Of a DNA stretch of 64,000 nt, positions 1-11,849 are shown piece after piece; position 1 is the first letter of the stretch, and every line of letters begins with the position of its first letter. The DNA is from Psammoneis japonica (Eukaryota): NCBI GenBank assembly GCA_008632985.1, contig QPGO01000007.1, positions 310,001 through 374,000 on the forward strand. Direction: 5' to 3'. A program made the translations under genes and the position numbers. The notes beneath the pieces were generated by a model, which worked only from the letters and a program-made list of their open reading frames with translations, ran no database searches and was not told the origin of the DNA.

Positions 1-555
1 CCTTTGTTTGTTGCATGTTGTGGCTCGGTCAAGATGCAGGAGCTTTGCTCTGAACTTGCACCAATTGTGTGAGCTTTCTCGTTTGCGATTTTCTTGTTGG
101 TTGCTGGAATCTGTGAATGAGAGGGAGAGTCGTGGTTCATCTGTCCACCGACCCAGATTCTCTGTTGTGTCTGTGCTTCCGTCAGTCGGAATTCTTGTTG
201 AAATTCTTTTTGCGCCACGTCGACTTGATTCTCAAGCCGAATGCTTTGGGGATCACAGGTGGTGCTTTGGAGATCACAGGCTTTGCACAGATGTTGGACC
301 AACCATAGATTGGTTCAGCAGCATTTGGATGATTGTTGTGAATGTGGTTGACCCTGAAGTTTGTGCCAGTCTCCAGTGCAAACCTGCGGATCAACCTCTG
401 TTTGGGTGCATTCAGCAGATTCAGTCTAAACAGCTTGCAATTTGGTCATTGGCACTTTTGTGAAAGACCAAATGCTCGTTGCTGCTCGTCAGTAGATTCC
501 ATCTGCTTGTGTTCTGTCTGAGGTGTCGATCTGGAGTGGACATCCAGTCGACACG

Positions 556-1513
556 TTAGGAAGGCACTCGGAGCTTGCGCGGACACGCGAGCTTCGACTC
601 ACCTTTGTAAATGCGATCTTCTCGATTGTTCAGACAAGCAGTCATCCATTCCTCCCATTGGTCCCCCTTAACATGAAGCTTCGACAGACTTTCGAAATCC
701 TCTTCCTGTGCATCGAAGTGCATGAGAGAAGCAGATTGTCGTCCAACGCCATTTTCAAGGGCGCTCAAATTAGCGAAGCGGATGCATGTCCTTGTCGTGT
801 CGGAACAATGGAGTCCACCCCCAAAGTCGCCAATGGGTTGGAATCGATTCGCAATGATCCCGAACTCGATGAGATTCTTCATCGATGCAGTGTCTGCCCC
901 ATGAAACAAGCGTCGGTGGCCTGGGGGGACAGGTCGTGTGGCGAGCCATCGTTCAACATGCGTGAGAAGCTCTTGGACGTAGTTTGGTTCATTGTGAGTG
1001 AATTCTTTTTGGGCATCCTCAAAGGATGTGGCGATGCATTGAAGCGAGACGTCATGAAAGTTGCTCATGGGCTTCTCATTGCTTGCTTCATCGTCGTCTT
1101 CTGCTGCTGCAACACAAGCACGGCGGCGTCCTGCATTGATCACAATCCATTTCTTCGCAACATTGGCAATGACAATGCAACCATCAAAGCACTCCTTGTG
1201 ATCATCTGCCAGCCAAAAGAGATCAAGAGTTGCCCAGTTTCTCCTGAAGCCCCATGCAAGAAGACACTCAGATGGCATCAGTTCAGGTTTCAAGCTTGAC
1301 AACGAAATCCGTTTCAATGCCAACTTCGACAAGGCAATTTGGGAAAACATTTTGCTGCCACGACACAGAATCTTGCATCCGCCAAATGCTGTTTCCAATT
1401 TTCCTGGTCCATTGACAACAAAATTTGATGTGCCAGATGAAAAGGAGTTGCTGAGAGGGGAAAGGACGGGACGCGAAGGGGAAGGGACTGAAGGGACTGA
1501 TGCAACAGTCATG
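556..1513 (-). pseudogene. Decayed gene with an ADP-ribosyltransferase-fold-like domain (LFHG...DFGxG motif)
   Basis: ORF 556..1758 contains RRLFHGADTAS...FGI...GDFGGGLHCSDT, resembling the LxHGT / DFGxGFY motifs of ART-fold (DUF3990-like) proteins. It has only about 2 Tyr in 400 aa and the expected Tyr positions read His/Cys. The likely true start is near 1513 (MTVASVPS), just outside the inverted-repeat element. Confidence 0.45.
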
Positions 1514-1562
1514 TTGTTCGGGGTTGAGACCATGGTGCAGACGCACACGCACGTGTGGCGGC

Positions 1563-3477
1563 CACTCTCCATCGTGAGTCCATGCGTCGACCGCACACTC
1601 TCGGAGATGTCAGGCGGACGATGCACCAGGGTCGTATGCAGAAGATTTGTCACGCTGCTCTTGCGGATTTGGCTCAACGCTCTACAGAGCTTTCTACACA
1701 ACACATGCCTGAAAATGTGCCGATCTGACGATGATCGATTTTGCCGTCCCATCAACACCCAATGTCATGCACGGTCCAGTGCTCATTCGGATGCACCCTG
1801 TTGAGCGGAGAAAATTCGCAAATGTTTGATTGATTTGTGTCCCCGAGACTGAACGAGTGCAAAATCTTCACTTTCTCTCTCAGTGCTGACATGCATCGTT
1901 GATCATTGTCATGTGTTCAGCTCCGTTGCACCTTGCAAGTGCACATGTTTCTTTTCAATGTTTCTTTGCAATGGTGTTGTCTTTCTTGCAACTGAACTGT
2001 CATTTTGGCCTTTGTTGCAAAATGACACTTTGTTCATTGCAAGAAATGCACTCACACTTGAGCTGAGCTCTTTCTCATCATGATGCAGGTTCTCAGTCCA
2101 CACAATTCCTTGGCGTTGTTCATTGGTGTCTGTTTGAGACATGTTGGGACTGCAGCTCTGAGGTTCAGGGTGAGCGCAATGTGGGTCTCACATTTGGCAG
2201 AGCAACGAGGTTTTTGGTTTCCTTTTTAGATTTCCACATGGCTGCCTTGATTTCTTGTCGCTTGGGGAAGATCAAATGCATTGATGGCTCCAGCAGTGCC
2301 AGCCAGTTGATGAGGTGAGACTTCATTCTGCAATGTTGCTGATTGTGAGTTTCTAAACTTGCTCAATGGAGTTTGCACTTTGCTCTGGTTCAGCACAGTG
2401 AATCTGAGTTGGGCGGCTGCACGATGCTTCTGAAGCCAATCAGAACAGACATGGAGGGGCATTGGCAGCTTTCTTTGGTGAGTTCATCTACAAGGCAGTG
2501 GTGGCTTCATTTGGAGGTTGACGCTTGCAATTCTTTGTTGCTTCAAGTGTGCCAGGTGCAGCACAGTGGCACATGATTTGTTCTTTAAAGTTGGCTGCAG
2601 ACCCACCGGTAAATTGGACAGGCAACCAGATGCAATTGGCATCTCTAATCTTGCATGGTCTCACCTGCAACATTGAGCAACATAAATGCATGCAGCAGAG
2701 CATTTAGAGTGGCGTTTTCCCTTCAAAATCACAAGAAATCAAGGTGGCCGTGTTGAAATCTTGCAAAGGAGGGGATTTGTGCGTGTCACTGCAAGTGCAG
2801 CAGCCAAGTCCATGATGCACCTTGTCTGTCAAAGCTGCAGTTCAACCATGTCTTCTGCACACATTGACAGACAATGTCCCAGCATTTGGAGCTGCAAAAC
2901 ATTCTCCACAAAGAGAAAGAGTTTGATCAGTGAGCCATCACGATTTGACAGAGACAAGACATTGCATTTCATGAAATGGCAGCAGCAGCACCACTTGCAC
3001 ACTGATGAAAGCACCAACAAAGATCTCAACGAACAGTTTGATGCATTTGTTTCAATTCTGCAATGAACGAGTTGAAACGAACAGAAGGAGGTGATGAAAT
3101 GCAATGACTTGTGTGAGACAAAACAAAAATCACTCAATTTCTTGCCCATCCAGTCCAAGGCAGAGAGCGATCAAAAACTTGCTGATTTTGTTCGTTCCAG
3201 CAACATCGTGCCTTCTGCAGCAAGCTACAAGGTGGCTGGTGAATGGTGTGTGATGTTGGGTGTCGATGGGATGGCAAAATCAATCATCGTCTGATGGGTG
3301 CATTTTCTGGCATGTTTTGTGTAGAATGCCTTGCAGGGCGTTTGGCGAACCACGGAATTGTGTGGTGACACATTTTTGGCCACCATCTGTCTGGCATCTC
3401 TGAGAGTCTATGAGGTGACCCAGGCATGCGAAGCGCATGTGGTGTGCAGTCGACGCATGGACTCATGATGGAGAGTG
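1563..3477. mobile_element. Degenerate non-autonomous TIR element with about 200-bp imperfect inverted ends
   Basis: 1563 cactctccatcgtgagtccatgcgtcgaccgcacac matches the reverse complement of about 3443-3477 gtgtgcagtcgacgcatggactcatgatggagagtg. Similarity extends inward (about 1690-1760 versus 3255-3330). Confidence 0.6.
2221..2769. mobile_element. Nested MITE-like insertion with about 45-bp imperfect TIRs
   Basis: cctttttagatttccacatggctgccttgatttcttgt (2221-) versus acaagaaatcaaggtggccgtgttgaaatcttgcaaagg (-2769). Confidence 0.5.
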
Positions 3478-5241
3478 GCGCATGGCCCCATGAGGGAGTC
3501 TCTGCGCGCGTTGGTGTGACACAGTGTGTGGCAGAAAATTTTGCCACTTTTTTGCTCATGAGCAGGCGGGGTGATTGCTTCATTGCTGTGCTGCAGTGTT
3601 GACGATGGCTTCATCATGCTGGACTTTGTCCTTCAGCACAACCTCAGCACCAACCACATCAATTCCCATGGCCACAACCACTCAAACGTCCACAAATTCC
3701 TTGGGAGACGACTCCTCCATCAACGAGGCTGGACAAAACTCCAGTGCTCCTGCTGGAGATGCGCGGGCAAATCATTCCATTGTGCCCAAGCGGGTGCCAA
3801 CTTCACTGCAAATGACCTCCAAGGACAATGTTGGGTCGGGGTCTTCATCAGACTTGAGTTCCAGCAACACCTCCAGTTCATCCAGGTGCGCTGCTGAGAA
3901 GCGCAAAACAATGAAACGAGACAAAATTCCCACAGAGAATCATTTGAAAATGTGCTGGGTGGCTGATGCTGGTGCCAAATGGGAAGCCAACCTCTGGCAA
4001 GTCCACAGCCTCACAGACAAAGAAGCCTGTGTGTGTTTGTTGATTGTGGCCAAGTGTCTGCCAAAAGACAAATTTCCTCCTCCCAATGGCAATCAATTTG
4101 TCAAGCTTGCGAAGGAAGGATGGCAGCGCTCAAACAGCTTGACCGACTCATCAAGGCTTGTCCAGAATGTGGCAACCAAACCAACATTGATGGGGTTTGG
4201 ATCATGCTTTGAAAAATCCAGTGAATGGGAAGAGAGACATCTGCAATTGATGATCTGGTGTTTCCCATCTTCTTTGTTTGACACAGGTGAAAATCAAGTG
4301 ACTCGAGTCTCAAACCGGAGAGCATGTTGAATGTCTGGTCTAACTCATCAGACTGCTGGCAACTCATCAGATGGTGGAGGGCACGAAGGCTGTTCTAAGC
4401 CTTTGATGGGTTTTGTTGGATTGAGGTCGATCTTTTCTTGTCAAACTTACAGCTGGGTTGCAGTTCCTCGTCAAACTTGGTCGCCTCTCAACCCTCAATG
4501 ACCGTCCTTCCATTGCACCCTTGTTCCAAGTCAAAGAGCTTGTGCGGTGTGCAAACAACCAATTTCACCATCTGTCTGCCATCCTTGTCTCAACACCATT
4601 CTAGTTCATCATCAAAAAAAAGATTGGCGGGAGAGCGACAGAGAGAGGGAGGTGGCGATTTCTTTGGTTGGACCTGCACACATGCTGTGCGATGCCAGAA
4701 AACTGTGGAACAGAGCTAGCTAGATCGAGAGTTCCAACTGTCCACAAATGCCCCGCCCCGCCCTGATGCCCTCTACAGCAGCCCACAATACTCTCTCTAG
4801 TTGCTGCTCTCATCGAGAATCGAGATTGGCTTTCGTTGGAAGGCATGTACAGCAGAATGACAATAGTGAGTAGTTTTGTGTGCTTCAAAGACGCACAAAA
4901 AAAGTTCAGTAAAGGAATACTTAGGACACGAATAAAAAGAATGCACGGTATACTACTGCCCTAACATCAAATAAATATATCCATACAGTATACTACTTAA
5001 CCGCATTTCATTAGTCACGGTCATTCTACGCCATTCCATCCCTAAGTAAAAAGGCACGAACAAAATGACTTTGGGCGCGGAACGAAATAGTACTCTAAAT
5101 CGGTGAAGGGTGGAACGAAACACACACCGCATGCAGTCCGCAGTTTGAGTTTGCGTAAAGTTTGTTGCTGTAGTTGTTGTCAATAGTCTTTATTCGCACA
5201 GCGTAGTCATAACACAAGCACACATACAAGTCAAAGCCACG

Positions 5242-6426
5242 ATGAGCAGTGATGCCTTTTCCGAAGACGTCGACATGGCGGATAGCGATGATGAGTTGGG
5301 AGACGAAGAGGACGACGCTACCGATATGATTCTCGCTGACGCTTCTTCGACACAGGCACCGCCACCCGAACCGAGCGAGGAGGATTCCGCGATTGCTCGT
5401 CGCAAAGCTATTCAGGCCATTATGCGGGACAAGAACCTAGGCGAAGCCGAAAAGCGTGTGCGCATCCAGAACCTCATGAGTGGAGGGCGTACACAAGTGG
5501 CTCCGCCGCAGGCACCGGTTCTTCCCGAGGCACCCTCGAGCTGTGTTCACTATGAACGGAATTGCATGATTGTCGCTCCGTGTTGCAACAAAGTTTTCGG
5601 GTGTCGTGTGTGTCACGATGAGCTAAGTCCAACCGGACACCCGCCTTTGAATCGTTTTGAAGTAAAGGAAGTGGTCTGCAAACAGTGCAATACGAGGCAA
5701 CCAACATCGTGAGTCTGGAATCGCCCGCTTTCAGTACCGAATCCTCGTTAATTCTACGACACTTTTCTCTTCTCGTTTTTGCTCACAAAATGTCTTACAT
5801 TTTTGTTGTTTTTCAGCAACACTTGCATTAATTGCAAAATCCAGTTTGGTGAATATCATTGCGCCAAGTGTAATCTATGGATGGCTGAATCGAAGAAACC
5901 TTTTCATTGCGACGAGTGTGGTTTCTGTCGCGTGGGAGGAGCCGAGTCCTTTCGCCATTGCAGCGAGTGCTGCATGTGCATTAGCGTCAATGTATTCCAC
6001 TCGCACAGTTGCTTCAAGGACAAGTACAAGAACAACTGTCCCGTCTGTCGCGAGGACATGTTCTCGTCGAGGCAAAGCCCACAGGACCTCCCGTGCGGAC
6101 ACGCGATTCACGCTCACTGCTTTCGAAAGCTGGCGGGCTTTGATTACCGCTGTCCCATTTGCAAAAAGACGGTTGTCTCTCAAGACAGCATGGCTGCGGC
6201 ATGGGAGGCGCGTGCTCGTGATATCGCCGAGCAGCCCATGCCGGCGGATTTGCAACGGGTGGTCAATATCATGTGCAACGATTGCGAGACCAAGAGTCTC
6301 AATCGAAACTGGCACTTTTTGGGTGTGCAGTGCAGTTCCTGCAGCTCTTTCAATACGATTGTTGAGACTGTGGTGAGCTCTGGTAGTGGTGCGGATCAAG
6401 GAGGCAGCGGGAGTGCCGGGGCGTGA
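5242..6426 (+). CDS. CHY zinc finger / RING / zinc-ribbon E3 ubiquitin ligase (Pirh2/RCHY1-like), 2 exons: 5242-5708 and 5817-6426, about 358 aa
   Basis: CHY motif CVHYERNC..APCCNKVFGCRVCHDE, then the CTCHY region, RING CPVCRED...LPCGHAIHAHC...RCPIC, and zinc ribbon IMCNDC...HFLGVQCSSCSSFNT. The GTGAGT...TTTCAG intron 5709-5816 joins the two ORFs in frame. Confidence 0.93.
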
Positions 6427-6865
6427 AAGCTTGGGACTTGGGTGAACCCAAACTACGTACATGCGGGGAGTTTTCGTTTATCGCTACATCTCCATTGTTC
6501 TTGTGGTGGGCTGTGCCCTCATAATTGGGGAAGTCGATTCGCCTCTAGAGATAGAGCAATTATCGATTTGCTTAACCATTTTATAGAAATGAAACATATT
6601 GGAAAGCGCGTCTACGGTACCTTATCTTAGCTATGTAGCTTATATTGTTTGTTTCTTAAACGCTTGAGGGATGGGAGGGACGTAGTGAACAGGTCGCGGT
6701 CCATGCTGTCTGTTCTCCAATTGAAGAAGCCCATAAGACTTACATAGAAAAGGAACAATGTGTATGAAAGGGTCGACTTGAAACCTTAACGAAGACTTCT
6801 TAACCTGACAAGCGGCGAGATCGCACTTCCAGCAAACCAAAAAATCCAGAATGGCCCGTCTTTTC

Positions 6866-7549
6866 TCACGACTTTTGGGATTGTGCAAACGCATAGTTCA
6901 AAAGCGCCACTTTGCTTCGTTTTCCCTTGTACGGGGCAGTCGTTGTTCCGTTTACAAAAAACTTTAAAATGGGAAAGGCGTTGATTCCGGCCTTGGCGCA
7001 TACCTCCTCTTCATCGACACAATCGACTGCACCAATGGCCACGGGCAATTTCATGCCGTGCGCATCGGTGGCAAACTCAACCCACAGTGGATACATGCGT
7101 TTGCTCCAAATACAATTGTGGGAGAAAAAGTCAATAAAGACGTGTCGGTTCTCTTTCAAAAAGTCGTCATAGGTGTCTTTGGTCAACCATGTCACGTACT
7201 TGCGATGATTCATATAGTTGGGATCACGAAACAGCTTTCGGAAATCTGCTTCCAGCGAACTGTACATTTCATAGGTTGTCATTTTCCTTGTCGGATCATC
7301 ATCTGCGATTAGCAGCAGAAAGATCGTGCCGACGACACAAAGCACCAATGTTACGCAAGTGTTGCGAACTATTCGTTTCACAAATCTCGACCCTTTTTTC
7401 TTTTCGTATTTGTTGCTGTATTCGCCTGAGGTTACTGGAAGCGACGACTTGGCAATCCTTTGAGATGTAGAAACACCCACTCTCATTTTATGCTTTCCTT
7501 GATATCCTTGTTGTGCCGTTGTGCCGACCGCGTTGTGCGGCGTTGTCAT
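6866..7549 (-). CDS. Membrane-anchored thioredoxin/PDI-like protein (CxxS)
   Basis: 227-aa ORF with one hydrophobic helix (TCVTLVLCVVGTIFLLLIA) and a Trx fold: LTKDTYDDFL..VFIDFFSHNCIWSKRMYPLW...IGAVDC...INAFPILKFF. Confidence 0.85.
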   Translation of the reverse strand: MTTPHNAVGTTAQQGYQGKHKMRVGVSTSQRIAKSSLPVTSGEYSNKYEKKKGSRFVKRIVRNTCVTLVLCVVGTIFLLLIADDDPTRKMTTYEMYSSLEADFRKLFRDPNYMNHRKYVTWLTKDTYDDFLKENRHVFIDFFSHNCIWSKRMYPLWVEFATDAHGMKLPVAIGAVDCVDEEEVCAKAGINAFPILKFFVNGTTTAPYKGKRSKVALLNYAFAQSQKS

Positions 7550-7705
7550 GTTGACATCGGGCTGTCGTCGGGAGTTTTGCTCCTCACTGTATGGTACGGT
7601 ATGTACCCTGTAGGCCTAGAGACCGTTACGGTACTCATCCTACGAGAGAGAAGACTGGGCCGTATGAATCAGTAATGAACCTACGTGCCAGTAATCAAAC
7701 ATGAT

Positions 7706-8123
7706 TCCTGTCGTGCCTCTTTTGGTCATTTTCATATTTTTATGATCGATTTAAAAGATAGAAATTTATATAATTATGTACGAGTTTATTCAAAACACAC
7801 GATCAAACGGCTTGTGAGCGAATTCTGCAGCTCAGAGTGCAAACGACACGACCATGTCCGAAATGCCGTTTGTTGAACGCAATAGAGGTGGGGCGTCGAG
7901 TATCTTTTTTCATAATATCGCTAATGATACAAAAGTACAACATGTTGTGAAGAAAGACACTCGACGCCCCGCTGAGTTTTCGAGAACGAACGGCGTTTGT
8001 GCCATCGTCGTGTTGTTTGCACGCTGCGAGCGCAGAAGCGCAGGATATTTTTTCCAGAATTGCACTATAAATGATTAAAAACATAAGTTAAATCGTTCAT
8101 AAAATGACCAAAAGAGGACAGGA
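7706..8123. mobile_element. MITE-like foldback element in the divergent promoter between the Trx and HECT genes
   Basis: Outer IR tcctgtc(gtg)cctcttttggtcatttt...cgatttaa versus ttaaatcgttcataaaatgaccaaaagaggacagga; inner IR ggggcgtcgagtatcttt versus aaagacactcgacgcccc. A second copy of the core lies at 30304-30498. Confidence 0.75.
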
Positions 8124-8161
8124 CCGGCCGACAGTGCACAGGGAGAGGGAGCTCGACTGCA

Positions 8162-10297
8162 ATGAGCAACAGCAGCCGTTCCAATCCACCTCCGGCTACT
8201 CGTCGCCCCAACAGTAGCCTACCCAATGATAGAAACACCTACATGGTCACAATTCCCGAGGGTGTGTTGCCTGGAGCACGATTTGCAGTCAAGGTTCAGG
8301 GACAGAAAACGGTTACTACAATGATGGTAACGTGTCCTCCGGCGCTTCTGCGGGGACACAGGTTCGAATCACCTTGCCCCCGCCTACTCGGCAACCGGAC
8401 GAGGAGTCGCCTCCCGCGCACACTCCAGCTCCCCAGAGTAATGATTGTATGGTGTTGTATGAAGTCAAGGTTCCTCGAGGGGTCAGACCGGGTGCTCCCT
8501 TTCCTCTGGTGGCTGGAGGTGCCCGGATCATGGTGACGTGTCCAATGAATGCGGTACCTGGACAACGAATTCGCTTCAAGGTACCAAAGGAAGTACGGAC
8601 GCAGTCTTCGTTCAAATATAGGAGCGCTGTTGCCCAAACTTGGCTCTCTGATGACAAAGATGGATGGACACGTATATTACGATTGTCCGATTTAAGGTTT
8701 CAGTGGGTCCGTGTGAACAGTCAAGGACTGATCGAAACCAATCAACGATTCAACACCAAGAATTCTGCCTATGTACGCAAACTGGAGTTTTCGAGCCGTG
8801 ATCATGATCCGTTTATGCGAACTGGCAGGATAAGCCTGGTGGCCGCTAGCAAAGGAGTGGTAGACTCCAGCATCAAGAATGCACGCGGCAAAAAATTGGT
8901 TTTATACACCGACATTGCGGCTGCTCAAACCAAGCCATTCGAGGAAAAGGCCAAGTGGTTCCAAGATACTTGCAATCAGCTGCGCATGGATTGGGATGAA
9001 GGCCACATGCAAATCAACGTGCGTCGAGACTGTTTGTTGGCAGACTCCGTCAAAGCTGTGATGAGTTTTAGTCGCAAGGATTTGCGTAAGTTGTGGCGAA
9101 TTCAGTTTATCGGAGAGGAAGCTGTGGATGCCTGTGGTGTGGCAAGAGATTGGTTTCACAACGTAACTAAGAAGATTTTCGATCCCCATTTGGGCCTTTG
9201 GCAATCCAGTGCGGCCAATCAAATGTCCATGCAAGTTAATCCTGCTTCAGGTGAGTGTCCATGTATGCTTCTTTGAATGTGTCGTTCATTCGTGTGCGTT
9301 GTGCGCAAGTGCTTACGGATGAATTCTCTTGCCCGCTTTAACAGCATTTTGTTACGTGGATCACTTGGATTACTTTCGCTTCTTGGGTCGTGTCATGGGT
9401 AAGGCTCTGTTTGATGGTGATGGCCGGCTTTGTTCCAGTCACATGGTTCAACATGTGTACAAGCATCTTCTAGGCTGGCCCGTTACATTTGCAGATCTTG
9501 AAAAAGTCGATGAAGAGCACTACAACAACCTCAAACAACTTGAAACAATGGTAGCTAATGGCGAGGATTTGTCATTCTTGTGCCAAAATTTCTCCATCAC
9601 TACAGATGTCTTTGGGAAGAAAGAACAAATCGACCTAATTCCGGGTGGTAGAGACATTGAACTGGACAATGACAACTTTCCTGAATACTTGGAGGCTTGT
9701 CTCAAATACAAGTTGCTCGATGTGGTGAAACCGCAGCTGAACGAGTTGCTCCTTGGATTCTTTGATGTCATTCCGGAACCACTTTTGACAGTCTTTGACT
9801 TTCAAGAATTGGAGTTACTCATTTGCGGCATGCCCGAAATCGACATGAGGGATTGGAAAGCAAACACAGAGTATTCAGGCGCATACGAAGGCAATCCCAG
9901 TCATCCTGCATGCATTTGGTTCTGGGAGGTGGTGTCAGATTTTGATCATGAAATGAAGGCCCGGCTGCTTCAATTTGTTACCGGGACGTCGGGCGTTTGG
10001 GCAAGAGGGTTTGGTGTCTTGCCTGGCATCGATGGGAATATTCGAAAGTTTACGATCCACGGTGTCCCCCTGGGTGACTGCCTTTACCCTCGTGCGCAGT
10101 AAGTAGTTCGACTGAGTAGCTGCAACTGGAATCGCGACTTATTGCAGTGCATTGAATAACGCTGTTTCTTTGTTTGTTGTATCTGAAGCACCTGCTTCAA
10201 TAGAATTGATCTTCCGATGTACCACTCCAAGAAGGAACTCGAAGAAAAGCTGAAGGTGGTCGTGACCATGTCGGGAACTGGCTTTTCGATTGAGTAA
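8162..10297 (+). CDS. HECT-domain E3 ubiquitin ligase (NEDD4-like HECT), introns 9251-9344 and 10099-10188; one apparent frameshift near 8338
   Basis: HECT motifs INVRR..LLADS, FIGEEAVDACGVARDWF, YFRFLGRVMGKALFD, FDFQELELLICG, WFWEVV, ARLLQFVTGTSGV. Splicing restores the catalytic PRAHTCFNRIDLP. Two N-terminal VxIPxGVxPGxxF repeats are split by a 1-nt frameshift. Confidence 0.88.
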
Positions 10298-10689
10298 AGC
10301 ATCTCATACAACAAGTGCCTGTAATGAATTTCATTGCCAACTCCACTGTGCTTCACAATGCACCTATTCAACGGTACAGAGTCTATCCCAAGATCACCGC
10401 ACAACATCTTATATCCTACAGTAGCTCGGAAATAAGAAATGTCAATCGATCCAAATATCTACAACTAAACCATGCCACCTCTCGAGAAAACAAGACAAGG
10501 CCAGTCTCAAATCGCCATCCCGAAAGTCCCGGCCTCTAGCTGGAGTAGCCTGCTTCTAAAGAAGCTACTTCACTACCATTACTCTAGTAGAGCTATAGAT
10601 AGAGTAACAGAGCCAACCTATTTACCTCTGCTACAAGATAGAGAGATTGCTCTACTGTAGCTATGGCTCGCCTGCCTACGGCTCCGTTA

Positions 10690-11800
10690 ATGAAACCACG
10701 TACTATTAAACCCACTCGAGGAGTTCAAGCCCACCCAAAAACACTTGTCCTTTGAACGCGGCATTTGTTTGACACTTCTCAGGTGATCACTTCTCCCCAT
10801 TGTCAGGCCTGTCTCTGTTTGTCTGATGGACCCATCTCTGTGGGCTGCAAAGCCACCATCTGGCATGCTGTCACTGCTTCTCCCCTGGTGGATTGCAGTC
10901 GGGAATAAAACAACTGGTCTGTGTCCATCATGGAGATGATTCACAGAGATGATTGGTTGGCATGTGCACACTGTGTTGGTCCAAAGGTTTTCAAAGAAAC
11001 ACATGTCCATGGTCAAATTGAAGGTTGCTCATCAGTGCAACCCAGCCAGCCCTCACTCATGCCTGTCCTGTGAGCATCATCCAAAGGAAGACAGGGACCA
11101 CATCTTGCAGTGTCCAGCCAACAAACCCTGGTGTTGGACCTTTCTCCAAGGCTTGCAAAAACACTGTGACACAATGGACACTGTGCCTCCCCTGTGAGAC
11201 TTTCTCATTGCATCTCTGTAAACTTGGTTTCAGGGGGTCAAATCACCTGTGAGCCTGACACATGCCCCCATGCTGTGCTTGCTTTGGTGCAAACAGTGAC
11301 GCTGGATGGCAACAACTGCTTGATGGAATTTGCTTGAATTGTGGAATGCTTTTCAGGAGATTCATCTGTGGGAGTCAGGTCTGCTCCATCAATGTCAGGC
11401 AGATGATTGCTGCCCTCCAAACTGGTCAGTGCAAATTGGCTCTTGGTCACAACAACAAGACTTGCAAGTCTTTGCAGTGCAGGTCAGAAGAGGCCAAACC
11501 AACTGCCTGCTGCACACAACAAACATCAGGAGCATCTCACCAAAGATTGAGATGTCCTGGTGGAGGATGTGGAAGTGCACCTCACTCACTCTGCAACAAG
11601 AATTCAAAGCTGGGTCACTGTGGCCAAACCTGTGTGCTTCGTGGCACTCATTCCATTCACAGCTGTTGTGGTGGGGCATCATCTTCCAGTGATGCCCACC
11701 CTGGCCAGTCCACACAGCACAGGCTCCTGTCACATCATTTTGATGCAATGCACTGGGAGTGTGGGTCAACTGGTGTCAGCCCAGCTGGCAATGGAGTGGC
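10690..11800 (+). mobile_element. Decayed non-LTR retrotransposon 3' part (C-terminal zinc knuckle)
   Basis: SCLSCEHHPKEDRDHILQCP (CxxC..E..H..C), GWQQLLDG and LWNAFQEIHLWE across shifted frames; TA- and CG-depleted. Confidence 0.6.
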
Positions 11801-11849
11801 AGCACTTTAAGTTGGATCTGTTTGACCAGCCACCTGCCAATGATTTGTT

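Noticed and set aside
3668..4330. Ser/Thr-rich ORF (part of 3575..4330)
   Set aside because: No recognisable domain, Tyr-free and within a converted block; possibly a decayed gene, but unsupported.
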